A stretch of DNA of 64,000 bases, from sequence record ON529853.1. One strand, written 5' to 3'. The position numbers and the translations under genes were made by a program. This document shows, one piece after another, positions 35,111 to 44,673 of the stretch; position 1 is the first letter of the stretch, and every line of letters begins with the position of its first letter. The notes beneath the pieces were generated by a model, which was given only the letters and a program-made list of their open reading frames with translations, made no database searches and was not told the DNA's origin.

Positions 35111-37930
35111 CTACCCCTCACACGCGACGCAGGTGCTGTCGTCGAGCGGGTTGGCGCTGAGCGCCAGTCCTTGCGGGACTTCGGCGATCACCTTGCGCTC
35201 CACCTTCGAGTTGGTGTTCTCGGCGCGGCGCGGCGTCGTCGAGCGGTAGTAGTAGAGGCTCTTCAGCGGCGCGCCTTCGCCGTCGGGGTCCCAGGCCATG
35301 TAGTGGACCTCGGTGGCGTAACCGGCGTCGGCGTCGTGCGGGAAGGCCAGGTTGATCGACTGCGCCTGGTCGATCTCGCCCTGACGGTCACGGGCGTGCT
35401 GGACGACCCAGCGCATGTCCAGTTCCGTGAAGGTCTTGAACACGGCGCGGACGTGTTCCCAGTCGTCGGCGTCCACGAAGGTGCCGAAGATGTCGTAGAC
35501 CGCCGGCTCGCCCAGCTTCTCGATGCGGATGCCCAGGTTCTGGATCGACCCTTCGTCCGCGACGATGGCTTTCCAGACTTCGGCCGTGTCCAGGTTCCGC
35601 TTGCGCAGTTCACGGATCAGGAAGGGGTTCTTGACCGCGAAGGACCCCGACAGGGTCTTCTGGAGGTAGGCGTTGGCGCGCCACGGCTCGACCGACGGCG
35701 AGGTGTTGCCGCACAGGATCGAGGACGAGGCGTTCGGGGCGATCGCCAGCTTGTGCGCGAAGCGCTCGCCGGTGCCGGCCATGTCCGGCGCCTCGCCGCG
35801 CTCGGCGCCGAGGTCCAGCGACGCCTGGTCGGCGTCCGCGCGGATGTGGCGGAAGATCAGCTTGTTGATCTCACGCGCCGCATTCGATTCGAACGCGATC
35901 ATCTTGCGCTGGAGCAGGGCGTGGAAGCCCAGCAGGCCCAGGCCCACCGACCGTTCCTGGGTCGCCGAATAGACCGCATAGGCCAGTTCCGGCGGCGCAT
36001 CGTTGATGAAGACCTCCAGGCAGTTGTCGAGCATCCGCATCAGGTCGGGGATGAACTCCGGCACGGTGCTCCACTCGGGGTACTTCTCGCCGTTCACCGA
36101 CGACAGGCAGCAGACGGCGGTGCGCTTGGCGCCGGTGTCGTCGCGGCCGGTCGCCAGGGTGATCTCGGTGCAGTTGCCGGTCAGGACGCCGTTGAAGACG
36201 CCGCGCGAACGCTGGGACTCGGTGAAGCAGAAGGTGTCCGACTTCCAGGCCAGGGGCTGGACGTCGACGACGACCGGCAGCGGCGTCAGCTTGCCGATGT
36301 GATCTTCCGGCAAACGTGACTCCTGCTTGACCAGCAGGCCCTTGTTCGCCAGGCGATGCACGTCATAGACGTTCAGCATGAAGCCGGCGCCGGTGTCGGT
36401 GATGCGCACGCGCGGGGTCAGCCCGGCTTCGAGCGCCGCCAGACGCATCTCGCGCACCAGATCAGCGTCGGCCGTCGCGACCGACAGGTAGTCCCGGAAG
36501 CCGGTGGCGTCCGCCTGCTCCAGTTCGATCCACTCGCCGGCGGCGTCCATGACGCCGGCGAACCAGGCCAGACGGGCGTCCTGCGACCAGCGCAGGGGCG
36601 CGCGGCCCGACGGGATCGTCTGGGGCTCGAAGCGGATATAGAGGCCTTCCGCGACCGTGTCGGCCTGGGAGTCCACCGACACCGACAGCAGGCGCTTCAG
36701 CACGCCGACATCGGTTTCACGCGCGAACACCGACAGACGGTTCTTGTCTTCGAAACCGGTGAAGGTGGCGTAGCCCGCCGTATAGGCGGTGTCGATCGAA
36801 TGGTCAGCGTCGTTCGGGTTGACGACGGTCGGGTGGTGAGCCGGCTCCAGGCGCAGGCCCGCCGTCAGTTCGCCGGCGCGCTTCAGGCCTTCGGTGGTGT
36901 AGAACTTGTGGTGGGGCGTGCAGTCGAGGTGCGAGCCGTCCTCGAACCAGACGCGCACCAGTTCCTGGGCCGTGCCGGTCTGCTCGACCGTGGTGACGCT
37001 CCAGTCCTCACCGTTCCAGACCTCGACCTGCTGGCCCTTGAGGGCGCCGATCGGCGCATAGCCGTCGCGCGTCAGGATTTCCGTCTGCGGCGTGACGCAC
37101 AGGTTGGACTGGTTGACGCGAAGGCCTTTGGCCTTCTGCGTTGCCGGCAGGGCGGCGTTGGCGTGGTCGACGAAGAACAGATAGGGCTCGCCCGTCTGCT
37201 TGCGCGTCTCGATGATCAGGCGCCACAGCGCGCGGGCGTCCACCGTCTCGGTGACCGCCTTGGTCTTGGGATCGACCAGATCGAACGCGCCTTCATCGGC
37301 GACGGCCCGCATGAACTCGTCGGTGATGCAGACGGCGTTGTGCAGGTTGGTGAACTTGCGGTTCTCGTCGCCGCCGGTCGGCTTGCGGCCGGTGATGAAC
37401 TCGACCACCTCGGGGTGGCTGATGTCCAGATAGGCCGCATAGGAGCCGCGACGGGTCCCGCCCTGGCTGACCGACAGGATCAGGCGATCGACGGTGGCGA
37501 TGAAGGGCACCACGCCGGTCGAGGCCGAGCCCTTGGAGGTCTTGGCGCCGTTCGAGCGCAGGCCGCCCCAGTAGCCGCCGACGCCGCCGCCGACCGACGA
37601 CAGCCAGCCCGTCTCGGCCCAGTGGTCGAAGATGCCGGCGCGGCTGTCTTCGGCGGTGGTCAGGAAGCAGGAGATCGGCAGGCCGCGATCCGTGCCGCCG
37701 TTCGACAGCAGCGGCGTCGCGAACATGAACCAGCCCTGCGAGACGTAGTCGTACAGGCGCTGCGCATGGGCCTCGTCGTCGGCGAAGGCCGCCGAAGCGC
37801 GTGCAAAAGCTTCCTGGGGCGAGGTCTCGCCAGGGATCAGGTAACGGTCCCGGAACGTCTGGAGGGTGAATTCATCGAACACCTCGTCACGCGTGAGATT
37901 AAGGCGAATAGACGAGCGGTCGACAGACAT
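35111..37930 (-). CDS. nrdA: Ribonucleotide reductase alpha subunit (intein-containing)
   Basis: FATPLLSNGG, PISCF, SQGGTRRG, NQSNL[intein]CTEI, AIAPNASSS, DQAQSIN and KSLYY. Confidence 0.93.
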   Translation of the reverse strand: MSVDRSSIRLNLTRDEVFDEFTLQTFRDRYLIPGETSPQEAFARASAAFADDEAHAQRLYDYVSQGWFMFATPLLSNGGTDRGLPISCFLTTAEDSRAGIFDHWAETGWLSSVGGGVGGYWGGLRSNGAKTSKGSASTGVVPFIATVDRLILSVSQGGTRRGSYAAYLDISHPEVVEFITGRKPTGGDENRKFTNLHNAVCITDEFMRAVADEGAFDLVDPKTKAVTETVDARALWRLIIETRKQTGEPYLFFVDHANAALPATQKAKGLRVNQSNLCVTPQTEILTRDGYAPIGALKGQQVEVWNGEDWSVTTVEQTGTAQELVRVWFEDGSHLDCTPHHKFYTTEGLKRAGELTAGLRLEPAHHPTVVNPNDADHSIDTAYTAGYATFTGFEDKNRLSVFARETDVGVLKRLLSVSVDSQADTVAEGLYIRFEPQTIPSGRAPLRWSQDARLAWFAGVMDAAGEWIELEQADATGFRDYLSVATADADLVREMRLAALEAGLTPRVRITDTGAGFMLNVYDVHRLANKGLLVKQESRLPEDHIGKLTPLPVVVDVQPLAWKSDTFCFTESQRSRGVFNGVLTGNCTEITLATGRDDTGAKRTAVCCLSSVNGEKYPEWSTVPEFIPDLMRMLDNCLEVFINDAPPELAYAVYSATQERSVGLGLLGFHALLQRKMIAFESNAAREINKLIFRHIRADADQASLDLGAERGEAPDMAGTGERFAHKLAIAPNASSSILCGNTSPSVEPWRANAYLQKTLSGSFAVKNPFLIRELRKRNLDTAEVWKAIVADEGSIQNLGIRIEKLGEPAVYDIFGTFVDADDWEHVRAVFKTFTELDMRWVVQHARDRQGEIDQAQSINLAFPHDADAGYATEVHYMAWDPDGEGAPLKSLYYYRSTTPRRAENTNSKVERKVIAEVPQGLALSANPLDDSTCVACEG
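36173..37099 (-). mobile_element. Intein (309 aa) in NrdA with degenerate LAGLIDADG region
   Basis: Starts CVTPQTEILTR, ends GVFNGVLTGN before Cys+1. Internal WFAGVMDAAG motif. Confidence 0.9.
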
Positions 37931-38101
37931 AGGCGTTTCCGTAGAAAAGGCTCTGCCCAGCAAAAAGTGCTGTCTAAACAGAGCCTTAGAGATTTAGTGA
38001 AAGGTGGTCACTCTATCGAGAAACCGGCTGATTGTCAATTATTACGGCAGTCAGTTAGGGAGATTGATTCCTTGACAGGCACTCATCCCGAAACGTGACT
38101 C

Positions 38102-38323
38102 CTACTCGTCCGCGTACTTCAGATTGGCCGCGCGCAGGATGTCCCTGACATTGCACAGCTTTCCATCCAGGGTGTAGCCCAGCTTGGTCTCTTTCATGCG
38201 CGGACCGAGGATCGCCTGGGCGATCTCCATCAGCGGCGGCGGATCATTGAAGGGCACCACGGGGTGATTGTCCTCGCGCGGCAGACGCTTGGACAGCTTC
38301 TCGTTGACGGGTTTGCGAGCCAT
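38102..38323 (-). CDS. Hypothetical protein
   Basis: Operon ORF. Confidence 0.55.
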   Translation of the reverse strand: MARKPVNEKLSKRLPREDNHPVVPFNDPPPLMEIAQAILGPRMKETKLGYTLDGKLCNVRDILRAANLKYADE

Positions 38324-38326
38324 AGG

Positions 38327-38608
38327 CTAGGCGGCTCCTTTACAGGTCTGGGGGTGGGCGTTGTCCGGGACGACGCAGACGCGTTCGGTGCGAACGCAGA
38401 TTTGGCGCGGGTGATCGACGGCGATCCATTGACCCTGGATCAGGCGGCGCACCTGGCCCGGCTCCGTGCGGTAGGCGGCGCAGGTCGTCTCCCAGTACGG
38501 CCGGGGCTTGACCACCCCGACCGCCTTGGTGATTTCATAAACGCCGCCCAGCGCGCCCGCGAGGACCACGCACCAGAACGCAATGCGAATCTGGGTGATG
38601 ACCCGCAT
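38327..38608 (-). CDS. Small membrane-anchored protein
   Basis: TGATG overlap, N-terminal TM segment. Confidence 0.55.
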   Translation of the reverse strand: MRVITQIRIAFWCVVLAGALGGVYEITKAVGVVKPRPYWETTCAAYRTEPGQVRRLIQGQWIAVDHPRQICVRTERVCVVPDNAHPQTCKGAA

Positions 38609-39033
38609 CAGGCGCCGCGCACCCGGTCGTGGTGGGAGGTCTGGATCGGGCAGGGCGCCGTGATCTTGACCTTGGTGACCCGATGGGGCGGATAGTGGAC
38701 CAGCACATGGGGCTGGTTCGTCTGGACCGAGCGATAGCCCGTTGCGACGATGGCCGAGGCGTGCTCGCGCGCGGCCTGCATCGACGGCAGATCATAGTCG
38801 TAGACGACGCCGTCGTCGATGTAGACCGAGACGATCCAGTTCTGTCGAATCGCGCCGCCGCCGCTGGCCGCGCCGCCGGCGCCTTGATAGACGTCGCGGG
38901 GCACGGCGCTGCCGCCGCCAAGGGTGGAGACCGCCGCTTCGCCGCCGCCCACGACGACCGGGACGTCGGCGGCGGACGCGTAGGGCCGCCCGGCGGCGTC
39001 TTCGCGGTCCATGCCCAGGAAACCGGGGCTCAC
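38608..39033 (-). CDS. Hypothetical protein
   Basis: Operon ORF. Confidence 0.6.
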   Translation of the reverse strand: MSPGFLGMDREDAAGRPYASAADVPVVVGGGEAAVSTLGGGSAVPRDVYQGAGGAASGGGAIRQNWIVSVYIDDGVVYDYDLPSMQAAREHASAIVATGYRSVQTNQPHVLVHYPPHRVTKVKITAPCPIQTSHHDRVRGA

Positions 39034-39036
39034 GCC

Positions 39037-39411
39037 CTAGCCCTCGACGGTCGAGACGGCCCCGGCCAGGGCTTCGTCGGCGGCGTCCGCGACCGCGTCT
39101 TCGTCCGCGCCGGCTTCAAGCTGACGGGTGACGTCGCGCAGGGTCTCGTTGACCAGGTTGACGGCGCTGCGGAAGTCTTCCGGCTGCGTCTGGATGATGT
39201 TCGACACCGCCAGGGCGATCACGTCGACGATCGACACCGGGAACGACTTGTCCGGGTAGAGTTCGTTCATCTTGGCGCCGTGCAGGCCGAGGCCGACGGT
39301 GAAACCGCCGCCGGGGGCTTCGGTCAGGGTGATGATGGACTTGGGGGCTTCGGTCATGGCGGACTTCTTGGCTTGACGGCGCTGGAGGCGCGACTTGGAG
39401 GCGGTGGTCAT
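39037..39411 (-). CDS. Hypothetical protein
   Basis: SD GAGG, GC3 bias. Confidence 0.65.
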   Translation of the reverse strand: MTTASKSRLQRRQAKKSAMTEAPKSIITLTEAPGGGFTVGLGLHGAKMNELYPDKSFPVSIVDVIALAVSNIIQTQPEDFRSAVNLVNETLRDVTRQLEAGADEDAVADAADEALAGAVSTVEG

Positions 39412-39423
39412 GGGGACCCTCGG

Positions 39424-39726
39424 TTAGGCTGCGGGCGGCTCGTCGTCGCGCCGCAGCAGGTGTTGGATGCGGTTGGCCGCGTCGACCTCGTTGATCGAGC
39501 CCGACGCCAGCAGTTCATCCATGCGGTCAGCGATCAGCCCCTCTTCGTCGAGGGACAGGACCGCCAGAAGGTAAAGACCGGCCAGAGAGACGTGCTTGCG
39601 AATGTCCGGCCGCTCGGGGAGGTTGACGATCAGTTCCACGTCCGCTTCTTCGTCGTCGCCGATGTCGAAGAGGTTGAGCGTATATTGCCGCAGCGAAAAC
39701 AGATCGGCGGTGGAAGAAGAGGTCAT
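39424..39726 (-). CDS. Hypothetical acidic protein
   Basis: Operon ORF, start uncertain. Confidence 0.55.
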   Translation of the reverse strand: MTSSSTADLFSLRQYTLNLFDIGDDEEADVELIVNLPERPDIRKHVSLAGLYLLAVLSLDEEGLIADRMDELLASGSINEVDAANRIQHLLRRDDEPPAA

Positions 39727-39808
39727 GACCGGCGGGCTCCAGATCGTCATTGCCGTAATTGTTGGCAATCAATGTCACGATGGCTGACGCCGGTCAACGC
39801 GGTTTGAC

Positions 39809-40078
39809 CTAAGAAACCCTGCTGGTTGAGGCGGTTGAGCCGAAACGCGCAGGAGGGTGCGGCAGCGGCGTCCACCATTCGTGGTAGCCCGGCCAGCCGC
39901 CCAGATCGACCACGGTGGTGAAGTCGCCGATCGACAGTTCGTAGCCCCGCCCCTGACACAGGGGCGAGCCGACATAGGGCGCCTCGGAGACCGGGTTGGT
40001 CCACCACAGGACGTCGCCCATGTCTTCGTGCCACTCGTCGATATGGCGGGCGTCAGGGGTCGGCGGACGCGCGGTCAT
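39809..40078 (-). CDS. Hypothetical protein
   Basis: MTARPPTP..., ATGA-coupled. Confidence 0.5.
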   Translation of the reverse strand: MTARPPTPDARHIDEWHEDMGDVLWWTNPVSEAPYVGSPLCQGRGYELSIGDFTTVVDLGGWPGYHEWWTPLPHPPARFGSTASTSRVS

Positions 40079-40296
40079 GCCCATTCTCCCCGGTGCAGAC
40101 GCGCGTCGCCGTATTGGCGCTCGCGCGGGTCCTTGAAGATCACCTCTTCGACGCCGTGCAGCTTCCTGGCGTAGTCCGGCACGAACAGGCCGGCGAGGCT
40201 CGGATCGTCGAGCCAGGCCTGCCAGTCGGCGCGCCGGGCGTGCTCGACCAGGAACCACATCCCCTCGACCTGGGTCAGGAAGTAGTAGCCCTTCAT
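40075..40296 (-). CDS. Hypothetical protein
   Basis: MKGYYFL..., start overlaps the thyX stop. Confidence 0.5.
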   Translation of the reverse strand: MKGYYFLTQVEGMWFLVEHARRADWQAWLDDPSLAGLFVPDYARKLHGVEEVIFKDPRERQYGDARLHRGEWA

Positions 40297-41231
40297 TACA
40301 GGCACTCGTTGGGCACGAACTTGCGGAACTGGGCGAAGCCCTTGAGATTGCCCTGCACCCAGTCGGGCTCGACGTCGAAGGCGATGCGGGCCTGGTGCTC
40401 CAGGGGCGAGGCGTGCAGCGGCGTGGCGCCGGCCAGGCGCAGATAGAGGTTGAGGTCGGTGTCGATCTCGGGGCGGGCGCCGTCGTGCTTGGAATAGCTG
40501 ACGCGGCAGCAGCGGGCGGTGGAGATCGCCAGCAGCAGTGCATCGACCGGCGACACGCGCTCGAACGGTCCGCCCAGGTTCTCGACGCCGCACAGGGTGT
40601 CGATGATCTGGTAGGCGAGCGGGTGACGATTGAGTTCAAGCACCACGCGCTTGGCGTCGGCGATGTCGTCTTCGGTGACATAGGGCAGGTGCCAGTCGCC
40701 TTCGCGCAGCAGGCGCGGTTCGGCGTCCTGGCGCGCCTGCTTGATCGCCTGGGCCAGATGCATGATCTCGTCCTGGGCGTCGGTGTGGTCGCGCAGGGCG
40801 TCGAAGTTCGACCAGGTGGTCGAGGTGGCGACCACCTCGATATAGCCGAACCACTCCAGCGGGCGGTTGACCCACTGCTTGTGCACGTTCAGGCCGTCCT
40901 TGGCCGCCAGCAGGCGGGTCTTCTCCAGGACGAAGTCCGCCATTTCGCGCCAGATCGCCTCAGCCTCGGCCTGCTGGGACGGCGACAGGAAGTCGCCCGG
41001 CTGCATGCCCGGCTGATTGACCCGGAACTGCGGGACATAGATGTCGGCGTCGCGGATCGTCAGCGAGGCGTGGGGAATGGCGCGGCTCGACGAGGCGTTG
41101 CGGCTGAAGACGCGGTGCGTCATGAAGTCGGCGTGCACCATGCGCGGGTAGCGCAGTTGCAGGGTGTCGATGCGCTCGCCGTCCTCGGTGATCGAGGAGG
41201 CGATGGATTTGGCGGTGATTTGAGGAATCAT
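40296..41231 (-). CDS. thyX: Flavin-dependent thymidylate synthase
   Basis: THRVFSRNASSSR signature, HKQWVNRPLE and HASPLEHQA. Confidence 0.85.
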   Translation of the reverse strand: MIPQITAKSIASSITEDGERIDTLQLRYPRMVHADFMTHRVFSRNASSSRAIPHASLTIRDADIYVPQFRVNQPGMQPGDFLSPSQQAEAEAIWREMADFVLEKTRLLAAKDGLNVHKQWVNRPLEWFGYIEVVATSTTWSNFDALRDHTDAQDEIMHLAQAIKQARQDAEPRLLREGDWHLPYVTEDDIADAKRVVLELNRHPLAYQIIDTLCGVENLGGPFERVSPVDALLLAISTARCCRVSYSKHDGARPEIDTDLNLYLRLAGATPLHASPLEHQARIAFDVEPDWVQGNLKGFAQFRKFVPNECL

Positions 41232-41470
41232 TCGGAAGGCTTCCAGTCCTTGGACCAGCTTTGCTTGATCGCGGCGGTGAAGAGTTGAACGGGGCGGCTG
41301 TAGAAGTCGGCGAAGGCGTCCCAGGCGTCACCCAGGGCGCTGGGGAGAACCCAGAGCACGGTCGGGGTCATGCCGAGCACCATCACCGGCACGGCGACGA
41401 AGATCACCGCCAGCCGGCGCAGGAAGGTGGACCGGATGCCGCCGATCAGGCCGTTGGGACCGAGGGCCAT
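41228..41470 (-). CDS. Small membrane protein
   Basis: Coupled hydrophobic ORF. Confidence 0.55.
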   Translation of the reverse strand: MALGPNGLIGGIRSTFLRRLAVIFVAVPVMVLGMTPTVLWVLPSALGDAWDAFADFYSRPVQLFTAAIKQSWSKDWKPSE

Positions 41471-42090
41471 CAGAGGTCCTTGCCCGGAGCGGCGAAGGTC
41501 GCCAGCGGCACGGCGCTGGCCGGCGCCAGCAGCAGGGCGGTGTCGCGCAGGTCGCGGGCCGTGCGATCGTTGATGATCGTCATGGACACGGGCAGGAGAG
41601 GGATTTCGCGTTCCGACGCGTGGGCGCCGTAGACGTCCACGATCTTCTGATCGTCGCCGTGGTTGTTCATCTTGCGCGGGTCGGTGATGCGGATCAGCGA
41701 GGCCCCCATGGCGCGCAGCATGGCGGCCTCGTTCAGGAAGCGGCAGTCTGAGCAGACCACGCCTTCGGCGCCGTCGCGCAACAGGTCGTTGACGGTGCGC
41801 TCGAACGCCTTGACCCAGGTGTCGTCGAGGTAGCCCCGGAACATCTCGGTGCCGATCCGCTGGAGCAGTTCGCGCGGCGACTTGAACGGATAGCGATCCA
41901 GGACCGTCTCCTTCAGCACCGGGTCGAGCATCTCGATGTAGGAGACGCCGTACACACGGTGGCAGACGTCGCGCACCGGATCGGCGAAGTTGACGTGGGC
42001 GTAGCCGTAGGTTTCGGTCAGGGCTTCGGCGGCGGTGGTCTTGCCGTGGCCGCGCAGCCCGGTGAACGCGATGATGGGGCGGGCGCTCAT
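41470..42090 (-). CDS. Deoxynucleoside monophosphate kinase
   Basis: IAFTGLRGHGKTT, PRELLQRIGTE, SDCRFLNE and HASE. Confidence 0.82.
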   Translation of the reverse strand: MSARPIIAFTGLRGHGKTTAAEALTETYGYAHVNFADPVRDVCHRVYGVSYIEMLDPVLKETVLDRYPFKSPRELLQRIGTEMFRGYLDDTWVKAFERTVNDLLRDGAEGVVCSDCRFLNEAAMLRAMGASLIRITDPRKMNNHGDDQKIVDVYGAHASEREIPLLPVSMTIINDRTARDLRDTALLLAPASAVPLATFAAPGKDL

Positions 42091-42115
42091 GGGCGCAGTC
42101 CTTTCGGGCAGGAGA

Positions 42116-43462
42116 TCAAACAAGGATTTTGAGGGTTTCGGCCGCACGGGTGATGCCGGTGTAGAGGTGCTTGTCGGCGTCCTCGCGGAAGCAGCCCGAC
42201 TCGTCGATGAGCACGACATGGTCCGACTGCGAGCCCTGGAAGTTGTGCACCGTCAGCGCATAGGCCCAGTCGAGTTGGATCAGACGCTGCTTGGCGCGGT
42301 AGGCCGAGCGGCTGTCGGTCGAGAAGGAGTTCTTCTTGGTCGTGTAGTGCTCTTCGAACAGACCCTGGAACACGGCCTTGTCCATGTATTGCGCGCCGTC
42401 CTCGTCCTCGAAGGACATGCGGCAGGCGTTCTGGCCCGGCGAGAGGTTGACCTGCTCCGACAGGCAGGTCGCCAGGGCGCCGTTGACCAGCGCCGGGTGC
42501 TCCTTGGAGTTCTTGCGCACGATCAGCGGCTCGCCGCCGACCGGTCCCGAGGCCAGGCCTTCGCGATACATCCGCGTGATGCGCCAGCGCGTCCGGTTCG
42601 TGCCGCACAGCACCTGGGGCACCTCGACGTCGAGGCCCTGACGCCGCTCCGCCGCCGCCTGGATGGCGCTCTCGGGGTCATAGTCGCGGCGGCTCATGAC
42701 CTCGGCGCGCACGACGCCCGAGGAATCCTTGAACTGCCCCATCGGCAGGTCCTTGCCCTGACGGGCCAGGGTGGCAAGCTGGATGATGGGGTTGTCGGCG
42801 GCCTGGCGGTGGATTTCGGTCAGGAAGAAATCGGGGTCGCCCGCCGTCAGACCGGGCTTGTCGCCGACCGGCGGAAGCTGGCCCGGATCACCCATGGCGA
42901 TGATCGGCACCTTGAACGACATCAGGTCACGCGTCATCTGGAGGCCGACCATGGAGGCCTCGTCGACGACGATCACCTTCTTGTTGGCGATCGCGCTGTC
43001 GCCGTTCAGTTGGAAGTTGATGCGGTCCTCGACGTAGCAGTTCTCCAGATCGGCTTCGAGACGCCGGATCGTGGCCTGGACCTTGACGATCTCGGCGTGG
43101 GCGCCGCCCGACTTCAACAGGGCGTCGCGCGCGACCTGGGCGGCGTACAGTTCGTTCTCCAACTGACCCACGGGCGCCGGCTTGGCGCGGTAGATCGCCG
43201 AGTGAATCGTCGAGGCGAACGGCAGGGCGAACTTCTGCGCCTTCAGCTTGGCGCTCATGATCTTGGCGGCCTTGCCGGTCGGCGCGCAGAAGCCGATCTC
43301 TTCCGGGCTGAAGCCCAGATCGTCCAGGATGAAGGGCAGGATGGTCGACTTACCGGTGCCCGCGAAGCCGCCGATGTAGGTGACTTCCTCCGGGTACTCG
43401 CCTTTCAGGCGGGCCGTGACGACGCGCACGGCGTCGCCCTGGTGTTCGGTAAGGGTGGTCAT
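42116..43462 (-). CDS. RecD/Dda-like SF1B helicase
   Basis: GFAGTGKS, VDEASMV, GDPGQLPPV, TEIHRQA, YALTVHNFQGS and YTGITRA. Confidence 0.87.
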   Translation of the reverse strand: MTTLTEHQGDAVRVVTARLKGEYPEEVTYIGGFAGTGKSTILPFILDDLGFSPEEIGFCAPTGKAAKIMSAKLKAQKFALPFASTIHSAIYRAKPAPVGQLENELYAAQVARDALLKSGGAHAEIVKVQATIRRLEADLENCYVEDRINFQLNGDSAIANKKVIVVDEASMVGLQMTRDLMSFKVPIIAMGDPGQLPPVGDKPGLTAGDPDFFLTEIHRQAADNPIIQLATLARQGKDLPMGQFKDSSGVVRAEVMSRRDYDPESAIQAAAERRQGLDVEVPQVLCGTNRTRWRITRMYREGLASGPVGGEPLIVRKNSKEHPALVNGALATCLSEQVNLSPGQNACRMSFEDEDGAQYMDKAVFQGLFEEHYTTKKNSFSTDSRSAYRAKQRLIQLDWAYALTVHNFQGSQSDHVVLIDESGCFREDADKHLYTGITRAAETLKILV

Positions 43463-43634
43463 ATCCGAAAGGTGCGCCAAGGGGCCTTGGACGGGATCAC
43501 ACTGCGGGAGGTCGGCGGCCGTTCAGGCGCACGCACGCTCCCCCAGTCGAGCCGACTGAGAGCGATGAAGAGGAAACGGGTGGGAGGGGAAGCGCCCCGC
43601 CCGGCGAACCGGGCGGGGCCTTCAGTCGCGTCGC

Positions 43635-44468
43635 TTAGAAGCGACGGCCACGGCCGGCGGGGGCCGCAGCGGGAGCCGCCTGCTCCTGGGTTTCAGCCGG
43701 AGCGGCGTTGGCCGAGCGGGGGGTGCCCGCCGAGGCCGGCGCGTCGCGGCGTCCGCCACGCTTGGGGGCTTCGGCGGCCGGTTCCGGCGTGGGTTCCGGA
43801 GCCGGCAGCGCCGCCTGCTGAGCCGCCGGTTCGTCAGCGACGTAGTCGTCGGCGTTGGAGCCTTCGCCTTCCTTGTAGCCGGCGAACTCGTCCTGGGTGA
43901 TCCAGCCCTTGATCACGAACTTCGGCGCGTGCTTCTTGACCTTGCGGCCGCCGTCGCGGGGCTTGGCCTCGAACTCGTTGGCGCCGAGTTCGATGACCGG
44001 CACCATGCCGGGGTTGCTCTTGAACTGACGCGCGAAGTCTTTCATGACCGCTTCCAGCGCGTTCATCTTCGAGCGGTTGTTCGCCTGGAACAGCAGGGCC
44101 GGGGCGTCGCCTTCGATCGGCACGAACTCGATCGTCTTCTGCTCCGACCAGCCGTCGTCCTGGCCGTAGGGGCCATAGTCGGGCAGCAGGTGCTTCTGCG
44201 GCGGCACGCCCTCTTCGAGGGTCATCATGATCTCTTCCTGGACCTTGCCGTCCTTCCAGCAAATCCAGCCGCGCTTCAGCGTGCGCGGGTCCATCGCCGC
44301 CTGGGTGCCGATCTCCAGATCGGTGTCATCGGCGCCGTAGCTGTAATAGCCGTCGTTGCCGTTGAACTTCAGGAAGGCCGATCCGCCGCCACCGCCACGG
44401 TAGCTTTGGGCTTCGGCCGCGAGGGCGGCGTAATAGTCGTCCGTGGACGTAACGAGAGCGTTGCTCAT
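43635..44468 (-). CDS. Probable single-stranded DNA-binding protein
   Basis: FLKFNG...RGWICWKDG domain with an acidic, low-complexity tail ending in Phe; located in the replication module. Confidence 0.55.
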   Translation of the reverse strand: MSNALVTSTDDYYAALAAEAQSYRGGGGGSAFLKFNGNDGYYSYGADDTDLEIGTQAAMDPRTLKRGWICWKDGKVQEEIMMTLEEGVPPQKHLLPDYGPYGQDDGWSEQKTIEFVPIEGDAPALLFQANNRSKMNALEAVMKDFARQFKSNPGMVPVIELGANEFEAKPRDGGRKVKKHAPKFVIKGWITQDEFAGYKEGEGSNADDYVADEPAAQQAALPAPEPTPEPAAEAPKRGGRRDAPASAGTPRSANAAPAETQEQAAPAAAPAGRGRRF

Positions 44469-44673
44469 CTTCTTCTACTTCTAATTCTAAGACTAAGTCT
44501 AAGGTTGGGGGTTATCCCGCCCGACTACGCGCCGGGCGGGAGTTGTCCTTCCGACTACGCGCCGGATGGACGGGGTCTTTCGTCAGACCGCTTTGCGTTT
44601 ATTTGTTATTGTCGAGAGGTGGCTTCGACGAATATAGTCTTAGCACAAATCTCATCTTGGCGGAAGTAAAACG

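Noticed and set aside
37940-38100. AT-rich stretch upstream of nrdA as a replication origin
   Set aside because: No iterons are visible; it is adequately explained as a promoter region.
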